Shown in pieces: positions 40,243 to 54,455 of a stretch of DNA of 64,000 nt. The notes under the pieces were generated by a model. That model was not told the DNA's origin. It did not search any database and was given only the letters and a program-made list of their open reading frames with translations. Origin of the DNA: Trichosphaerium sp. ATCC 40318 (lineage: Eukaryota > Protista > Tubulinea); the NCBI GenBank assembly GCA_038496445.1, contig JALMLS010000322.1, positions 1,054,001 to 1,118,000 on the forward strand. The letters are read 5' to 3'. The translations under genes were made by a program, and so were the position numbers. Every line of letters begins with the position of its first letter. Within the stretch, counting starts at the first letter, position 1.

Positions 40243-43200
40243 CTACACTGCAGCTAAGACAACCTCTTCTTGACTTTGTTTTTGATCATCATCATCATCA
40301 TGTGTTTTGATGTTTTCTTGTTTTTGTTTCCTTCTTTTTTCTTGTCTTTTTCTCGTTTTTGGTTTTGAGTTCAATGCATCTTCTAGTTCTTTAATACGTT
40401 CTTGATATTCTTCTGACTGCTCTTTAAGTTTCAGAACTTGTTGTTTAAGAATTTTTGTCTCTGCTGAAGTTGTTGACAGCTTTGAAGAGTCTGATACTTT
40501 CGATTTTCCAAGAATTGGATCATCTCTTCTCATATACAGCGCACGTGGAACAAGCAATAATAGTACGGATATGAATGGTCCTAATATTAAGCAAAATGAA
40601 CGAAGTACAAAAGCTACTTCTCGCTGATCACTGCCAAACACCTAGGGTCTCAATTAAACCCAAAAAACAACGGGTATGAAAGAGAAAAGAAAAAAAGAAG
40701 AAATGTTCCGCATTAACTGTATCTTTTCTCGAGTATTGTATACGAAAGATACGTACTTGAACGATTATTAATATAGCAACAAATGAAGCAAGAGTGTAGA
40801 CTGAAAGTCCCAGCAATCTTCACAAAAGTCAGCTGGTTTTTTTCAAAAGTTGAAAAAAAAAAAAGTGGTTTTGAATTGTTGCTTACCTTGATTCGTTGAG
40901 GAGAGCAGACTTTATTCTCCATATTCTAAATACCCAATAAAGACCAATTACTAGTATCCCAGCATTAAAAATCATGACAAGAGAGAAGAATACAATATCT
41001 GCTGTTGTTGAATTCGAACAAGCATAGAAATCATCTGATTTAATATATGGAGCTTCTTCTCGTAATTCTGCATGAGATCTGCTAATTCCTGTCCAAAGAG
41101 CCAACAATACTACTTCAACGCTCACAATGAAAGCAACGATAGGCGTTATACTGACAGTACTTAGTAGCACAGTATCTGATCTGAATATTTCTGCTAGTTT
41201 GTATATCCTAGAAAACAGCGCACCATACATCAACTAGGACATCGTCAGCTTATATTCTTAAAAAAAAGTGGGTTGGTTCAAGCTTCAACCCTTGGGCGAC
41301 ATGTGAACAACCACAGTAGTAAAACGTACCCCGAAACCGATACATAAGAGCCATCGTACTATGTTACAATGAAAATCGTTCGTGTGCAAGGTCCAAAAGA
41401 AAACAGACGAATAAATAAAGATGGATCCTATCTAACCAAAAGGGCTTAGCGGAACAAATTTTATAGTTTAGAAGCTTTTTTCGTACCAGTGTAGCCACTA
41501 CAAAGTAGGGCTGTGAAGCACGTATTACGCGGTGATTTCTATATAGAATAATCCATAAAATAAATACTCCTGTGAGAACAATAACAAGACATACAAGCGC
41601 TAACATGACATGTTCGCTAACACGCTCTAATCATAGTTAAACAACTCTGTTTCATAAACTCTGTTTGAACGTACTGTACCAACCATATGTAATCTTTCTT
41701 TCGTTCCACTTAGGAGCAGGATACACAAATCCTTCAGTAGCAGCAAACAGCGGAGCTACAATCTCCAGTTCACGTTCCTCACTGACTTGCAAGGTAATAG
41801 CGTTTCTTCCAAGATTTTCTCCATAGAGATCCAATTGAAACTCTCCACAGAACCCATCAATCACCATTGAATCGATTGCATCTTGAATTCTTCTCGGATC
41901 AAGAGAACTTAAAAATGTTAGGAGTTTTTGCCACGTGCTTTCAAAGACGAAATTAAGAAGATTTTGAGAAAACCAAAGAAACTAGGCCTATTCTGACGTA
42001 CTTTGCTCTTTCGACAGCGTACTGAACAATGTAGCCTTCTGTATATCCACTCATACCCGTTGATGGGTCTTGGTTATATTTGGCCTCATACAGTTGTGCA
42101 AACAACTCTGGGGATGCTATTGAATCATTGCTAGGAAAGTGATGGTATCGGATTGACGGATCTCGCTCATTGTACAAATCACTTTTTACTCGTCTATCCC
42201 ACTACAAATATGTCAAATAAACAATTTAAAACACCTCATTCTGAGGAAAAGTAGAAAAACCTCAAAATTAAACAGCAACGTTCAAGTCAAAACAACTGAA
42301 AATCAAAGGATAGGTTTAAAATAAAAGAAAGAGATACCAGAATGCCTCCTGTTGTAACATATTTCGCGTCATCTCCTTCGAAGCTGGGGAGTTCCTCGTT
42401 GTTTTTTAAGCATGGCGTGGATAGAAGGTAAGCCTAATACAACAATTATATACGAAGGAATCTAAAGAAATATGGTGGAAACGTACATTTGCATTAAAGT
42501 CTTGTTCACGTGCTGTTTTCATGAATAGAAAACAGGATAGAAAAGTAGCTCCCACTACGGCTTCTACAAAACAAGTTAGAATATAAACAGATGATCACTC
42601 TGATAACGTTTTTGATGATCAGAGCATACCCGGATTTGCTTCCTTTAACTTTGGAACAAGAGCTGCAATATCGACATTAACATCACTTATTTTTTCGTCT
42701 AAGACAACTTCGAAACCTAAAAAGGCAGCGTTCCTCCTTATACCCACTGCCATCGAATATGAATATGGATTGTCTAAACAAATCAAACGATTAATGGCTG
42801 TGATAACTCAATATCGCGTTAAGCATACCTTCCCAGAAGATGGCTATCTTTTTAACATTGTGTATTGCAAGCAAATTTAAGCCTTCTGTCATTGCCTGAT
42901 GTGCTGGTGTAATCATACCAACAGCATACTCAAAACGTCTACCGAAAGGTTCTTTACAAGGAGGTTGCAACGTACTGTCACATCTATATGCAGGCAAGTT
43001 GCTTGAAGCAGCTGAAACAATGTTAAAAAATCTGAACTCGGGTTTAGATAGAAAGTTCGCTTTGAACGTACGGAGTATTGACGGAATTTTATTCTCGTTC
43101 GCAACCACAGCAGAAGCTATACCCATTACTGAGGTTTGAGGCTAAAGATATTTAACACTAATGGTAGGACAAGAATGGCTTGAGTCTTTTCGATATTTTT

Positions 43201-43965
43201 GAACTAAAGTTTGGAAATCTGGAAGAAATCTGGAAGTGATTGGAAGTGCTTTCGCTCACCACACCATTAACCAATTGGGTCCTCAGACCTCAGACTTGGA
43301 CTATAGCACCCCGGCCCTCAAAGGGTAGATTATATGTAATATTAGTAGGTGGTGTGGTGAGAGAAAGCACTTCCAATCACTTCATCGTACTTCACCCTTT
43401 TTTTCCCACCTCGAAAAACACGTGCACAACAACAATAAAATTGGACGTACGAGGAACAAGAAATTTAGATCGTTATCATCTATTAGTTGTTGTGTAGCTT
43501 TTGCAGCAGCTTCTCCGTTGAATACTTATTGGTCAAAATTAGAAAGGAAAATGCCAACGGCCGAAAATAAGGGTTGTACATACTGCTCCCCAAATATATG
43601 AGTTCTACCATGTAATTCGTTCCGTTAATCATCAACCCGTTTCTCGCGTTCACCTAGAGAATTATTTTAGTAGTCCGACGCATTATATATGTCGGTCGCG
43701 TGCTCAACCGACGCGAAAACACGTATTGGATTTTCAACTCGAAAAGTAGGTTTTTATCACGTTTGATGGGGTTGAATGATTTTAAACGTACTGTGTCTCT
43801 CCACATTTGCTGTCCGTATCGAAGGCCAAGTGAAGGTTCTTGAATAGGACCAAGAGGTTGGTCAACGTAAACAACTCCAATACGGAATACATTCTGGGCA
43901 TTTAAACAAGCAACCCAAAAAAGAAACAAAATAGCTAGTTCGGTAGATTGTGTTGCCACCATCAT
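40243..43965 (-). CDS. Family C (GABA-B/Grl-like) GPCR with periplasmic-binding-protein ectodomain
   Basis: Signal peptide; LIVBP-like VNARNGLMING, KKIAIFWE, YIVQYAVERA, IDGFCGEFQLD. 7TM motifs HRVIRASQPYF, YGALFSRIYKL, LALWT, LNES. C-terminal coiled coil. Confidence 0.88.
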
Positions 43966-44289
43966 TGACTCAACAAAACTAACTTTGTTTGACTACAAAA
44001 TGATCCAATAACAATATAAGTTAGCCTGATACATACTACGCTGCTGTTTGGGAGTATAGCTAGCGAGACCGATTGATCTAGCGGAGTTTATTGTGCCACA
44101 GTGAACAAAAGTCTAGCTTTCTTCCACAATTTTTAGGATTTCAACAGTGGCCGTTACTTTTTATCATATGAGAGCACACTGGCCTACCGTAAGTTTATCC
44201 ATCGCTCATGCTACATCTAGTATAGGTCTTGTTTTCTTGAGGGCTCCTTTAGAAAATCGAACAAGTCAACTGCAATGCTACGTAGCATT

Positions 44290-46080
44290 TCATTCTTCAG
44301 CTGCTTTAAAATCATTGTAGTATTTGTACAATAAACTTCCTTTTGATTCAACAAATGGAGGTACAGCTACACCAGATTGTTGTACATTCTACACAAAGTC
44401 AACACACAAGAAAAGTTATTACGTCAAAAAAAAAAGCCAAAAAAAAAATAAAAAATCGGACTGGATACCTCTACTTTCCCTTGTATTGCCGGATATATAA
44501 CTGAAAGTGCTTGTATTGTATGCCATAAAGCTTCTGTTTCACGTTTATATCCATAAGTGTTGAAGGTGTACCATGCATCAATTGCGTAAAATCCTATAAA
44601 TGGATACATCCCAGGAGCTTTTACAATGTACTCAAGTTTGTCTTTAGATTTAAATGCAGTTGATATAGCATCATCTTTTAATCCCATCATACTATATAAT
44701 CTTGTAGCTATACAATAGCAAAAGAATTGATGTACAGCTTGTCCTGGTATAGACTCAGCAAGCTGTAAACTAGCTGATAAGTATTCTCGTCCTGATTTTT
44801 TGTATGCCTTGTTTTTCGTTTGTATCCAATGGTTCACCTAGAAATAAGTCTCAGGACTAGGAAATATCGTTTTATATATGCTACTTACTTCTATATCTGC
44901 TAAAGAAATCGTGACATTCATAAGAGAAACTGGATCATAGTTATAGATGTCATCATTTTTTAAGTCATTGTAAACTCTTTTTAATGCTTGTTTTGCCCAA
45001 TTTCTTTCAGTTTGGTATCCTGATGTCATTGAAATATATTTATACTGCAAGAATGATAATCTTATAATACGAATCTTTGTTATCAAGTCATTCTTACGTT
45101 GACTATCTTTAAAATAAAAGTCACTAAAAAGATAACTTAATTGCTTTTGGTACCTGTCATAAATCTTCGTTTCATTGCCAAGTATTGCATCATATCATCT
45201 GCCAACTCGACATAACATAGACTTTTATAAGGTCTCTCTGATCCAATAAAGTACGCTGATAGAACTAAGGTACCAACTACCCCACTTGGTAAGTTAAACG
45301 AGAAATTTGTGAAACAACAAAAAAAAATTATGTGCTCACTTGCTGTTGTAGCTGTTGGACGATGTTCTAAACGGTTTAATAAATTCACAGCGCGTCTTTC
45401 AAACTCTCTAGCATATTCTTCATTCTTATTGTAAAGCTGATGCATAGCAAGAATGCAATAAAGTTGATAATTTGAATCGGTAACTAGTTTTTTTAAATAT
45501 CAGTCCACGACCACGAATTCGTTTTTAGGAACATACCTTCGCCGCTAAAAAACTGTTCAAAGTCAATAGGCTTCATGCAAAACGGAGGAATCTTAGATCC
45601 AGTAAAAGCTTTAAATTGGGATACACTCGTTTGAACCTCCGTAGCACGCATCAGTCTAAACGATGTTGAGTTTACCTAAAGTATAACGTCACGTGACATA
45701 AAAAAAAAAAGACCAAATGTTGTCATGCATAAACTCCGTACTACTAGAGGTGGAAAACGCTTCCGTTTGGAGTGTGAAGGGCTGTGGATGGATGCATGTT
45801 TAAAATCCATCAAAAGGTCTTTCAAACGAGATTGTTCGCGTTTTTCAAGAGCTATTGCTCGTTCTAACTCGATTACTTTATCTTTTAGCTTTTGCTGAGT
45901 TGATCCTTGTTTGAACGTTACTAATATACTAATAAAAGCAATAAACTAACCTTTAGTACGTCCCTTGGGTTTTGGAGGTACATAGGAGCAATTGCTGCGA
46001 GATTTTTCGCAGGCTTTGCATGGCTGCTTAGTATTACATTTGATATGCTTTTTACGACAAGCAGCACAAGATTTGTTCAT
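44290..46080 (-). CDS. Zn(II)2Cys6 binuclear-cluster transcription factor
   Basis: MNKSCAACRKKHIKCNTKQPCKACEKSRSNCSYVPPKPKGR (C-x2-C-x6-C-x5-C-x2-C-x6-C), then heptad LKDKVIELERAI and a helical C-terminal region. Confidence 0.9.
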
Positions 46081-46321
46081 TATTGTTCGTTTTAAAGCCG
46101 GTTAAATATTGGAAAAAGGCCAACTTTGCTTAACTCAACTTCAATGAAATCGGCTAATTTTCGTATTTTATAAAAGACGTCAACACAACCAAAAAAAGAT
46201 GTCTTTACCCAATTTGGAGTGTAAAACACAGTACATGCAACAACCTACAAATACAATAAAAGTGATTAGAAGAGTAATAAAGGAGGGACAGAGTGAGTTC
46301 TACAAATACATGGTTTATAAA

Positions 46322-47556
46322 TTACAAATCCTTGTTGCCGTTAGGCCCTGATGCCAAATTTTGAATGTTCTTGGTAGGCTTAGACGGACGGTTGATATCT
46401 GACATGACTTGTTGCGCATATAACCCAACAGAACGATTCAAATTAACTAAACTTTCAACTCCTGCTTGTGCATCTGATAAACGGTCATTAATCTCTTCTA
46501 TAGTCTCAGTATAAGGTCGCAATGTAGCTCCTTTTGGTTTTGGTATTGTAGGAGCATTTTCTAGCTTTGTAGCTGCCAGTCTCTTATCCAGAGCACTCCA
46601 CATTTCGCCAGATTCTGAAGAATCTAAAACTGCCTGCCATGCAGCGCTTTCTGTCTTTAATCTAGTAAACCAAGGTCAACAAATCAGGTGAGAACTTTTG
46701 GATCGTACTTTTCTAACCGCTGTTCAATCCGTTCTGCATTTTGTTGTAATGCAACATTTGTTGGGTTAGGTTGTTTCTCTACCTCATGGCCGGGTTCCCA
46801 TTCCTATAAATGGCATGTTAGTCAACAAAGAAAACGAGTAAAGCGAGTAAAACATAAATGTTTCCAATTTAGCAAGAAAACAAACCCACGTGCCTCAAGT
46901 CGTTTTGAAAATGCCTTCACCATAGCAGATACTATTCAGGTTGGTAAGCAGAGGGTAACGATGTCCAAAAAAAAAAAAAAAATTTCCGCATTTTTTTGTG
47001 TACGTGTTGTAAAAACCGGCTCTGGTATATCTCCTTTCTTCGCTTTCAACGCAGCGCGCGTGTCGTCAATAAATGATGACATTGGTTTACCCAAATAAGT
47101 TTCAGTTTCTTCTTCTTCTTTTTTGACAGCGTCAGTATGCATATAACGAAGCGAAAGGTAGTTTTATAACAAGCGTACGTGTTGGTTTGTTTTTAATCGT
47201 TACATTTTTCTTGCTTCCTTTTTTCGTTCGTCTTTTTCGTCTTGTAGTCTTTTTTGAAGCGATTGTAGTGTTTGTCTTTCTACGCTTACTTGGCGGGCTT
47301 TTTTTTTCGTACTCCAAGTCAATGTCAAATTCTACGTCCATTATTAGTTTCTACGCGTTTGTGGTCTATTCGTTACACCGTTTTCATGGGTTGGTTGTGA
47401 AATCTCTAAAAGTCTATAAATTATTTTTGACGCACCATCCTTCGCAGTCCTCTTGCGTTTCTTTGCTGTTGCTGTAATATTTTTCGATTTGGCGGCACGT
47501 TTTGTTTTTTTACCAGCCTTGGGTGTAGCGTATTTCCTCTTATAGTTGAAACTCAT
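46322..47556 (-). CDS. Probable kinetochore Mis12-complex subunit Dsn1/Mis13-like
   Basis: Very basic N-terminus, then KQPNPTNVALQQNAERIEQRLEKLKTESAAWQAVL, which resembles the Mis13 PNPxN...LxxExxxW coiled-coil motif. Confidence 0.55.
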
Positions 47557-47773
47557 GAGCAAAAAGGCGTTAGTTGTCCTAGGTTAGTTACAAATATAAA
47601 AAAGTCAATTTTTGTCCTCACTGTAACCTGGTGACCGTGCATACAGCAACAAGAAACCAGTAGGTCAACGGCACCGCTACGGCCACACGCTTCTGTAGAA
47701 GCCGTTATCAACGGTTCGGGTTTTACAAAGGGAAGAATTTATTTACCATTACAACCAATTGGCGATAGACACA

Positions 47774-49099
47774 ATGCAGCACGAATTCGACCAGCGTTCA
47801 TTTCAACAACGCTGTTTAACAACTTTATTGCATGGAAGCGTCTTTGACGCGTTATTCAGTGCATCAGTGTCGATAAATGAGAGCTTAGAGGTATGTTACA
47901 GATACAAAACAAAAGTATTTGAAATACGATTTAACATAATAGGTTGTTCAAGACGCTGAAGGCAAACAACGCTGGTGTGGTAAAAATATTAGAGGTAGGG
48001 ATGGTGTTTTATCATATTTTGTAATCTCTCTCTTACACCAACGCAGATCAGATAGAAAACCATAATGAACACCAACTCATACTCCCTCCTCCGCCCACAG
48101 AAGTTCGCACGAGATCTAAAAGCGGTAAGGCCAAATTCCAGCTCTTTTAAGTTTTTTTTTAACTAAAACCCTGCACTAGACGCACTACGCTCAGCACCAA
48201 ATAGCTTAAAACTGATTTCTAGATATGATGCAGACCGTCGTCTACGTGCCAACACAGTGGACATTGGATCTCACAAAACGCTTCCAAAAGAGACTGCACC
48301 CTCGCCAAAGGATGCACTACTGAAGCCAGGCAAAAGATCGACATCAGCTCCACAAGTAAAGGGTGTAAGAAAGAAAAGAAGCGCAACACAGAGCTCAGGA
48401 GGTATATCAAGACAAGACAAGCCTCAAGCTCTCTCTACAACATTCTCGCTTTCTTCGCGCGTAATGAGCGTCAACAAGATATCTCCTGAAAGCTTCTCTA
48501 AGCGAAAGACATTCAAGCGTAGCTTGTCACAAGATCTATCAGCTCTTGGTAAGGTATTTTCTGCTAGAACCCCTAGAGGTAGACGAAGGACACATAGTAA
48601 AGCTGGATCCGTTGATATGAGCTCTGACAGACAATCACTAAAAGCGAAATCGCCAATGCTGTTGAAAAAGTCAAGAAGTCGTAGGGGGAGGTCGTCAAAG
48701 AATCGTAAAAAGGCGCTTACAGCGCGTCCTATAGAGGTTCCTTCGTTACAAGTTACAAAATCTAAAGTACCTGAGACGTCACGTAGTGTGACACCCTCTG
48801 ATCTGCCTAATATATCGAGGCAGTTGATTGAGACGTATAGTAAACTAAAGACTGAAAAGGTGCTTGTACAAAAGCACTTGAACACTTTTAAAGCTCAGTT
48901 TGAGCAAAAACATGGTCGTGCTCCGGCATCTTCTGCTGATAGGGAGCCTGTTAGTGTTCAATATGCAAGGTATAAGCAATTGAAACAGAGGCTTGGTAAG
49001 CTTGCTGATAGGTTAACAAAAGATGGGTTGTTGGTTGAAGCAGAAACAAGGTTTAAGCGACAAAAGTCACTTAATCGAATAAGCATGAAATCTGTCTAG
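47774..49099 (+). CDS. Basic Ser/Arg-rich protein with FAM13A-like C-terminal helical motif
   Basis: KTEKVLVQKHLNTFKAQFEQKHGRAP..ADREPVSVQYARYKQLK; short upstream exons splice in frame to ORF 48257-49099. Confidence 0.65.
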
Positions 49100-49478
49100 T
49101 TTATTATTACATCAAGCTGACTGGTAGTATACCATTTTTAAAAGCACAGCTATTGCTGCGTCTATGTAGGGGTTTTTTTTTACCTACATTATTGTACAGA
49201 CTGTATTTTGGATTCCAAATAAAATCCTAGACTAAAATCCAACTTAGTTTTTTTTTTTTGTTTTGTGTTAGTTGACTATGGAAGATAAGGCTTAGTTTTT
49301 TAACCATTTTTTTTTCTTTTATTTTAAAAAACATTGTTGCATTGGCTAATTACAAGTACATCCACAAGTATGTGGCTCTCAGTTGGATTTTCGAATGATA
49401 AAGACAGAGATCAATATCTTGATAACATCATCAAAATGTCATTTGTTGATTGCATGTTTAACAAAACGTTGTCTTATA

Positions 49479-51619
49479 TCACTGCGTGCTGTCTGTGCGA
49501 AAGTGGCTAGGCGCATTTGTGAACATTTGCATCCACATGTATCCAGTAGATATCAACAATTGTACGTCATCATCTGACCATTTTTCAGTAGGCAAGTGTT
49601 GTAAAAATATCATTGTATCTTGGAAGTCTTTTTCTTGGATTTCTTTACTCCATTTATTCAACAAAGCAGCACAAACATATACCTAAACAAAAAACATACG
49701 TTAAAAAAAAACATCTACAGGGTTTTTTTTGGGTTTAGTAATGACGCACGTGGAGTTTTGGAAAATTCTCTCCTTCTGCCATATAAGTATCCCATAATCG
49801 AATAATCAATTGTAATGGCATTTCTCTCATGAGCAAGCAGTTCATCCATCGGAAAGCGAACTGTAAATATTTCAAATCGAATTCACCAAAATGAGCGTGA
49901 AGTGGTTCTATCATTAAACTAATAAGAACAAAAAAACCCAATAATAATATCTGCAATCAGTAACAAAAGAAAATAAGTTTGTTACATACCATCTATTCGC
50001 CTACAAATATCTTCCAACAAAATTGTCAATTTTTGAATACCAGGTTGCCCAACAGTGTAGTGGTCCTATTAGTTGTTATCGTTAGAGCATAGCCACGAAA
50101 GGTTAAATGTATAAAACTTGTGACATGAGTTACATACTTGTATGCCATCAATGAATCGCGTTAAACACCAGAATGCATCAGCCTCAACATCGTTTAAAAT
50201 CTGTTTATCAATACCCGTCAATGTAGTCAACTCGATAGCCGGACATTCACAATGAGGTTCCAGAAATACAATCAAAAAAGGAGTAACCTATTATGCAAAG
50301 AATATATAAGTAACAACTTGATGTAGATTGCGCTTAAACGAAAGCAAAAAAAGCCAAACGAAAAAACCACGTCATCGAAAAAAAAGGAAATTTTCAAATA
50401 ATAGTGACGTGACGTCTTCAATCAACTTTATACGTACGAGGTCGTTAATGCCTTGAACATATCCAGATGCTGGATGACGTAAAGCCCAGCAGTATAATAC
50501 ACGCTCTAAAAGACGACGCATAGTAGGATCTTGAAAAAGCTTTATATCTGGATGTGTTCTCTTGACATCAATATGGATTTGTCTAAAAGATTTTTCTTCA
50601 CCATCAGATCTCGCATTATTCGATTCAAAGTTTCTTTCAACCATATTCCTATACTCCTGCCTCTTACGTTCTAGAGTCTTCTCACGTCTACCTTTATTAG
50701 CAGGAAGATACCCAAGAAGTAACTTCCAAACATCACCACGATGTTCTTTCGGTAGACCGTTCCAACCAAGTTTTTTAAGCTGTTTTACATCAAGAGTGTT
50801 CTGGGAAATCAATATATCGAATTTGCGGTTAAACAACTCCTCATGAGATTGGACACGTGGAATGCTTTTCTCTTGTTTGTTATTACTCGTTGGTGTTGTG
50901 ATAACATTGCCCATGGATTTACGGCGGTCAGCTTGGCCAGATGTACGGCGACTACTGAAAGACGAGCTTTCAGAAGAGGCAGAAAGCCTATCAAAGCCGT
51001 CAGGTTGATTTTTTGTCGAGTACAAGGAAGATTTGTTTCATTTTCAAAAAAAAACGCTGTCGTTTTACAGAAAAAAAAAGTAGAGGTTTTGAGGTGTATG
51101 GTTGGTGTGGTGTTATTGGTTTGAGGCGTTTAGAAGGGTTGAAAAGAGAAATTGAGGTTATCAAGTATTGTTGTCGTGAGCTACCTTTTGTTTTCATCTG
51201 TGGTTCCATTAGATGTTGTTTTTGATGCGCTAATGACGTTAGTAATAAAGTACTTTATTATATTGTAAAATAGACTTGGAATACGTTATGTTGGTTATAG
51301 CGTTGCTCGTTGAAGCTGCTCTTATCTTGCTAGATGAACACAGTTAGGTTGATGAATTCAACATTCTCGCGTCAAACCTGCGGGGCGTTGTTGTTATAGG
51401 TGGGTACGTTGCTCCTCTGACTTGTTTCACTGTACCAGGTACTGCTTTTTTACTGCTGTTGTAGCGAGCCCATTGATCTTCGAATCTCTCTACAGAATCT
51501 CTGCGTTCTAGGTCATTAAATGCAGCCACAGGCACCGTTTTCTCTTGAGCCAACCCAAGCCTGCCAAAAATCGACGAGAATAGGCCAGGTTGAGTGTCTT
51601 GAAGGTTGCCGGCACTCAT
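49479..51619 (-). CDS. TBC-domain Rab GTPase-activating protein (Gyp1/TBC1D22-like)
   Basis: WNGLP..HRGDVWKLLLGYLP, QIHIDVKRT (R finger), SGYVQGINDL (Q finger), EADAFWC, QFAFRWMNCLLMRE, RLWDTY. Confidence 0.93.
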
Positions 51620-51709
51620 TGTCAAAGAGGGTGACAACACAACAAACTAGCGTGAGCTGTGAGGTTCTGTGAAAGTCAACGATAGAAAGATCACTGTAGC
51701 GAACAACAC

Positions 51710-53187
51710 ATGCTTTGTCGTGTTTCATACAGATGCATATATCCAAAAACAGCTAAATCTCGCGTCTGTGGGAGGAAGCAATACTGTACAAGCACTAACG
51801 GTATGATTTTAGTGTTTAGCGCATGCTCTAATGGTTTAGGACCTTCTTTGAGCGTTTTATGCCCAGGACAAGGCAGTCAGTACGTAGGAAAGTTGTTCAA
51901 CGCTGTAAATCGGTTAAAGTGCTTATTCGCGATTAGGTATGGGTAAAGACATTGTAGGTACGCGACGTTGTTGGAATTACACTCCCTGAAGGATCTTTTG
52001 AATTTACTGATGTCAGATAACATACCATCGCTGAAAAGCCTGATGGATATTGGATCTGAAGCGATAGGCGATGATTTGGCGTCAATAATGTGGAATGGAC
52101 CTCAAGCAACGCTTAATCTGACTGTCAATGCCCAACCAGCAATTATAATGCATGCTGCACTTGTACATGGCGCCTTGAAGGCTATGGGCGTAGATCTAAT
52201 GGCGTCTGCATCGATGGCAGGTCAAGATTTTAAGCGATTTCTTTACTAACGGACTTGACAGACAGCAGGTCACTCAGTCGGTGAATACGCCTCTGCATAT
52301 ATCTCTGGTGCTATAGATCTAGATGTTGTTATGGGTATTGCCCAGTTTCGTGGAGAGGTGATGCAAAAATGCGTTGGTGACGAAGGAGCCAGGTATTTGT
52401 TTTTTTTATTTTTTTCCAAAATGACTGAAACTTGTTGAAATGCTGACATTGATGAGGATGGTAGCACTCATGGGATGCGATAGAAATCGCGCTGATGAAA
52501 TTCTAAAGGAGTATAACGATACTTGCGGGGATTTAAAGCATCAACCACTGGGTATTGGGAGCATCAATGCGCCCAAACAAGTCGTGTTTAGTGGTGCATC
52601 AAAACCTGTTGAATATGTCATACAGCTCGCCAAAAAGCGACGTATACGCTCAATAGAGCTACAAGTATCAGCAGGTAAACCAATATACATATTCATCGTA
52701 CATGTACAAATACTGATGAGAGTCATACTTCAGCTTTCCACTCTCCTCAGATGACAAAAGCTCGTTCTCAAATTGAAAGTCGCCTTTCTTCTGCTCCGTT
52801 TAGGAAGCCTTGTATACCCATATACACCAATTATGATGGCTCTCCAGTGACGACTTCGGATGAAATCAAGACTGCTTTAATTAATCAGACAGATAATACA
52901 GTACAATGGAGCACGTGCATAGCTAACATGTACGCTGAACAATTGTCAGTTTCGTGTCACTTTTTTTTGATGTTTTCGTTTAAGGCACGAAGCAGGAGCT
53001 CAGAAGTTTGTTGCCATTGGCCCAGCCAAAGGCGTCATTGGACAGCTTCAACAGAATTTAAAGTCAATTGACAAATCCAATTTCACGTGCGTACATAAAC
53101 GGCTAAACGGCTTTGTTAAACCTATCTTTTAGACTTCTAGCAACATGGGAACACATTAAGCAATACGTTGAAACCAATAAAGACTAA
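51710..53187 (+). CDS. MCAT: Mitochondrial malonyl-CoA:ACP transacylase (FabD/MCAT)
   Basis: PGQGSQYVGMG, LNLTVNAQPAI, GHSVGEY (GxSxG), NAPKQVVFSG, VSAAFHS, TVQW. Confidence 0.92.
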
Positions 53188-53489
53188 GTGAGGTATCATA
53201 ACCATTGGTGTTTGCCCTGCAAACCAGACAAAAGAGGAATGTCTCTGTTGTCACTGTATCAATAAACAAAATCAATACTAAAAAATTCTGGCAATGATGT
53301 TTCACGTGGTTTTATAGCAGATTCCTCGTGTTATTTAGTGCAATATCCAACTGTTGCATTTTTCTATTGCGGCCTCGGTTTTTCTGTCCTCTCGGCCTCG
53401 GTAGCTTTCGAAAAACAAATCGAAGAACATCGTTGACTGGAAAATGTGACGTTGATAATTATCGATTGATAATACTCAACTGCAACAAC

Positions 53490-53976
53490 ATGGCCGATAA
53501 ACAAGTAATCTTTTACGTTAGCTCTGCTACTGGCTTCGCCCAGGTACTGGTTTTAAGGTTGTAAAGTTGTTTTTAACCAAAAGTACTAGACAAAGAAGGA
53601 TATCGCCACTATTAAGCAACTCTTTGATGCCCACAAGATCAAATACGAGGTACGCCCAAAGAAGGCAACTGTTTTTTTTTTGCAACTCCGCAAACACCCT
53701 GACGCAATAATTTCTAACCCATAAAATTAAGACTGTAGACTGTGCTCAAGAGCAAGAACGCAGAGAAAAGATGGCTTCTCTCTCTGGTAAAAAAGTTCTC
53801 CCACAAGTGTTCGTTGGAGACAAATTCATCGGCGTAAGCACTCTACCTCATTTTCTTGCACCTTTTTATTTTTTTGTTGTACGGTTTGCAAGTGAATAAT
53901 GCTAATACTGAAATAGGGTAAAGACGAGATTGTTGAAATCAACGAGGACGGTCGTATGAAGGAAGTTTTCGCTTAA
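53490..53976 (+). CDS. SH3BGR / glutaredoxin-like small protein (no CxxC)
   Basis: MADKQVIFYVSSATG...KIKYETVD...REKM...LPQVFVGDKFIG; 4 exons. Confidence 0.85.
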
Positions 53977-54455
53977 GTAGCTAAAATACGCTTTTGTTAA
54001 ATAAAACGAACTCATACAAGTTGTGCGCTCACGTCATGTCAAGTTTATTCTTTTTTGGAAGGTAAAGCGAGCGAGGTGTTCTTTTTGTAGTGTACAGCAA
54101 TAGTACATGCGCGAATCTCGGCGACTATCATCTTGTTGTACTTTATTAGCCATAGGCGGTGCTGTAGCAGTATTTGCACAACTTCTTATTAAAAGTATCA
54201 CAAACCCGATTTGGAAGTGATGGGTTGTGTCATTGTCACGCTTAATGTTGCGTAGCTAGTGCTTTAAGTATACATAACGTTACCAAACAAGGTGCAGTAC
54301 AGCGCTTTTCATCATTCTTCAATCTATACAAGGCACGTGCCTAAAGTAGAATTTTTTGATACATAGAACGCCAATAGCAGCGCGAGCGCATGTTGGCACA
54401 TAAACACAGTTTTTAGAGTAGGTATTTATCTACATTACAAGGAGTATTGCGTCGC

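Noticed and set aside
43150-43450. Small element or snoRNA in a long GPCR intron (short tggaa/atctggaa and cctcaga repeats)
   Set aside because: No terminal inverted repeats, target-site duplication or convincing C/D or H/ACA boxes.
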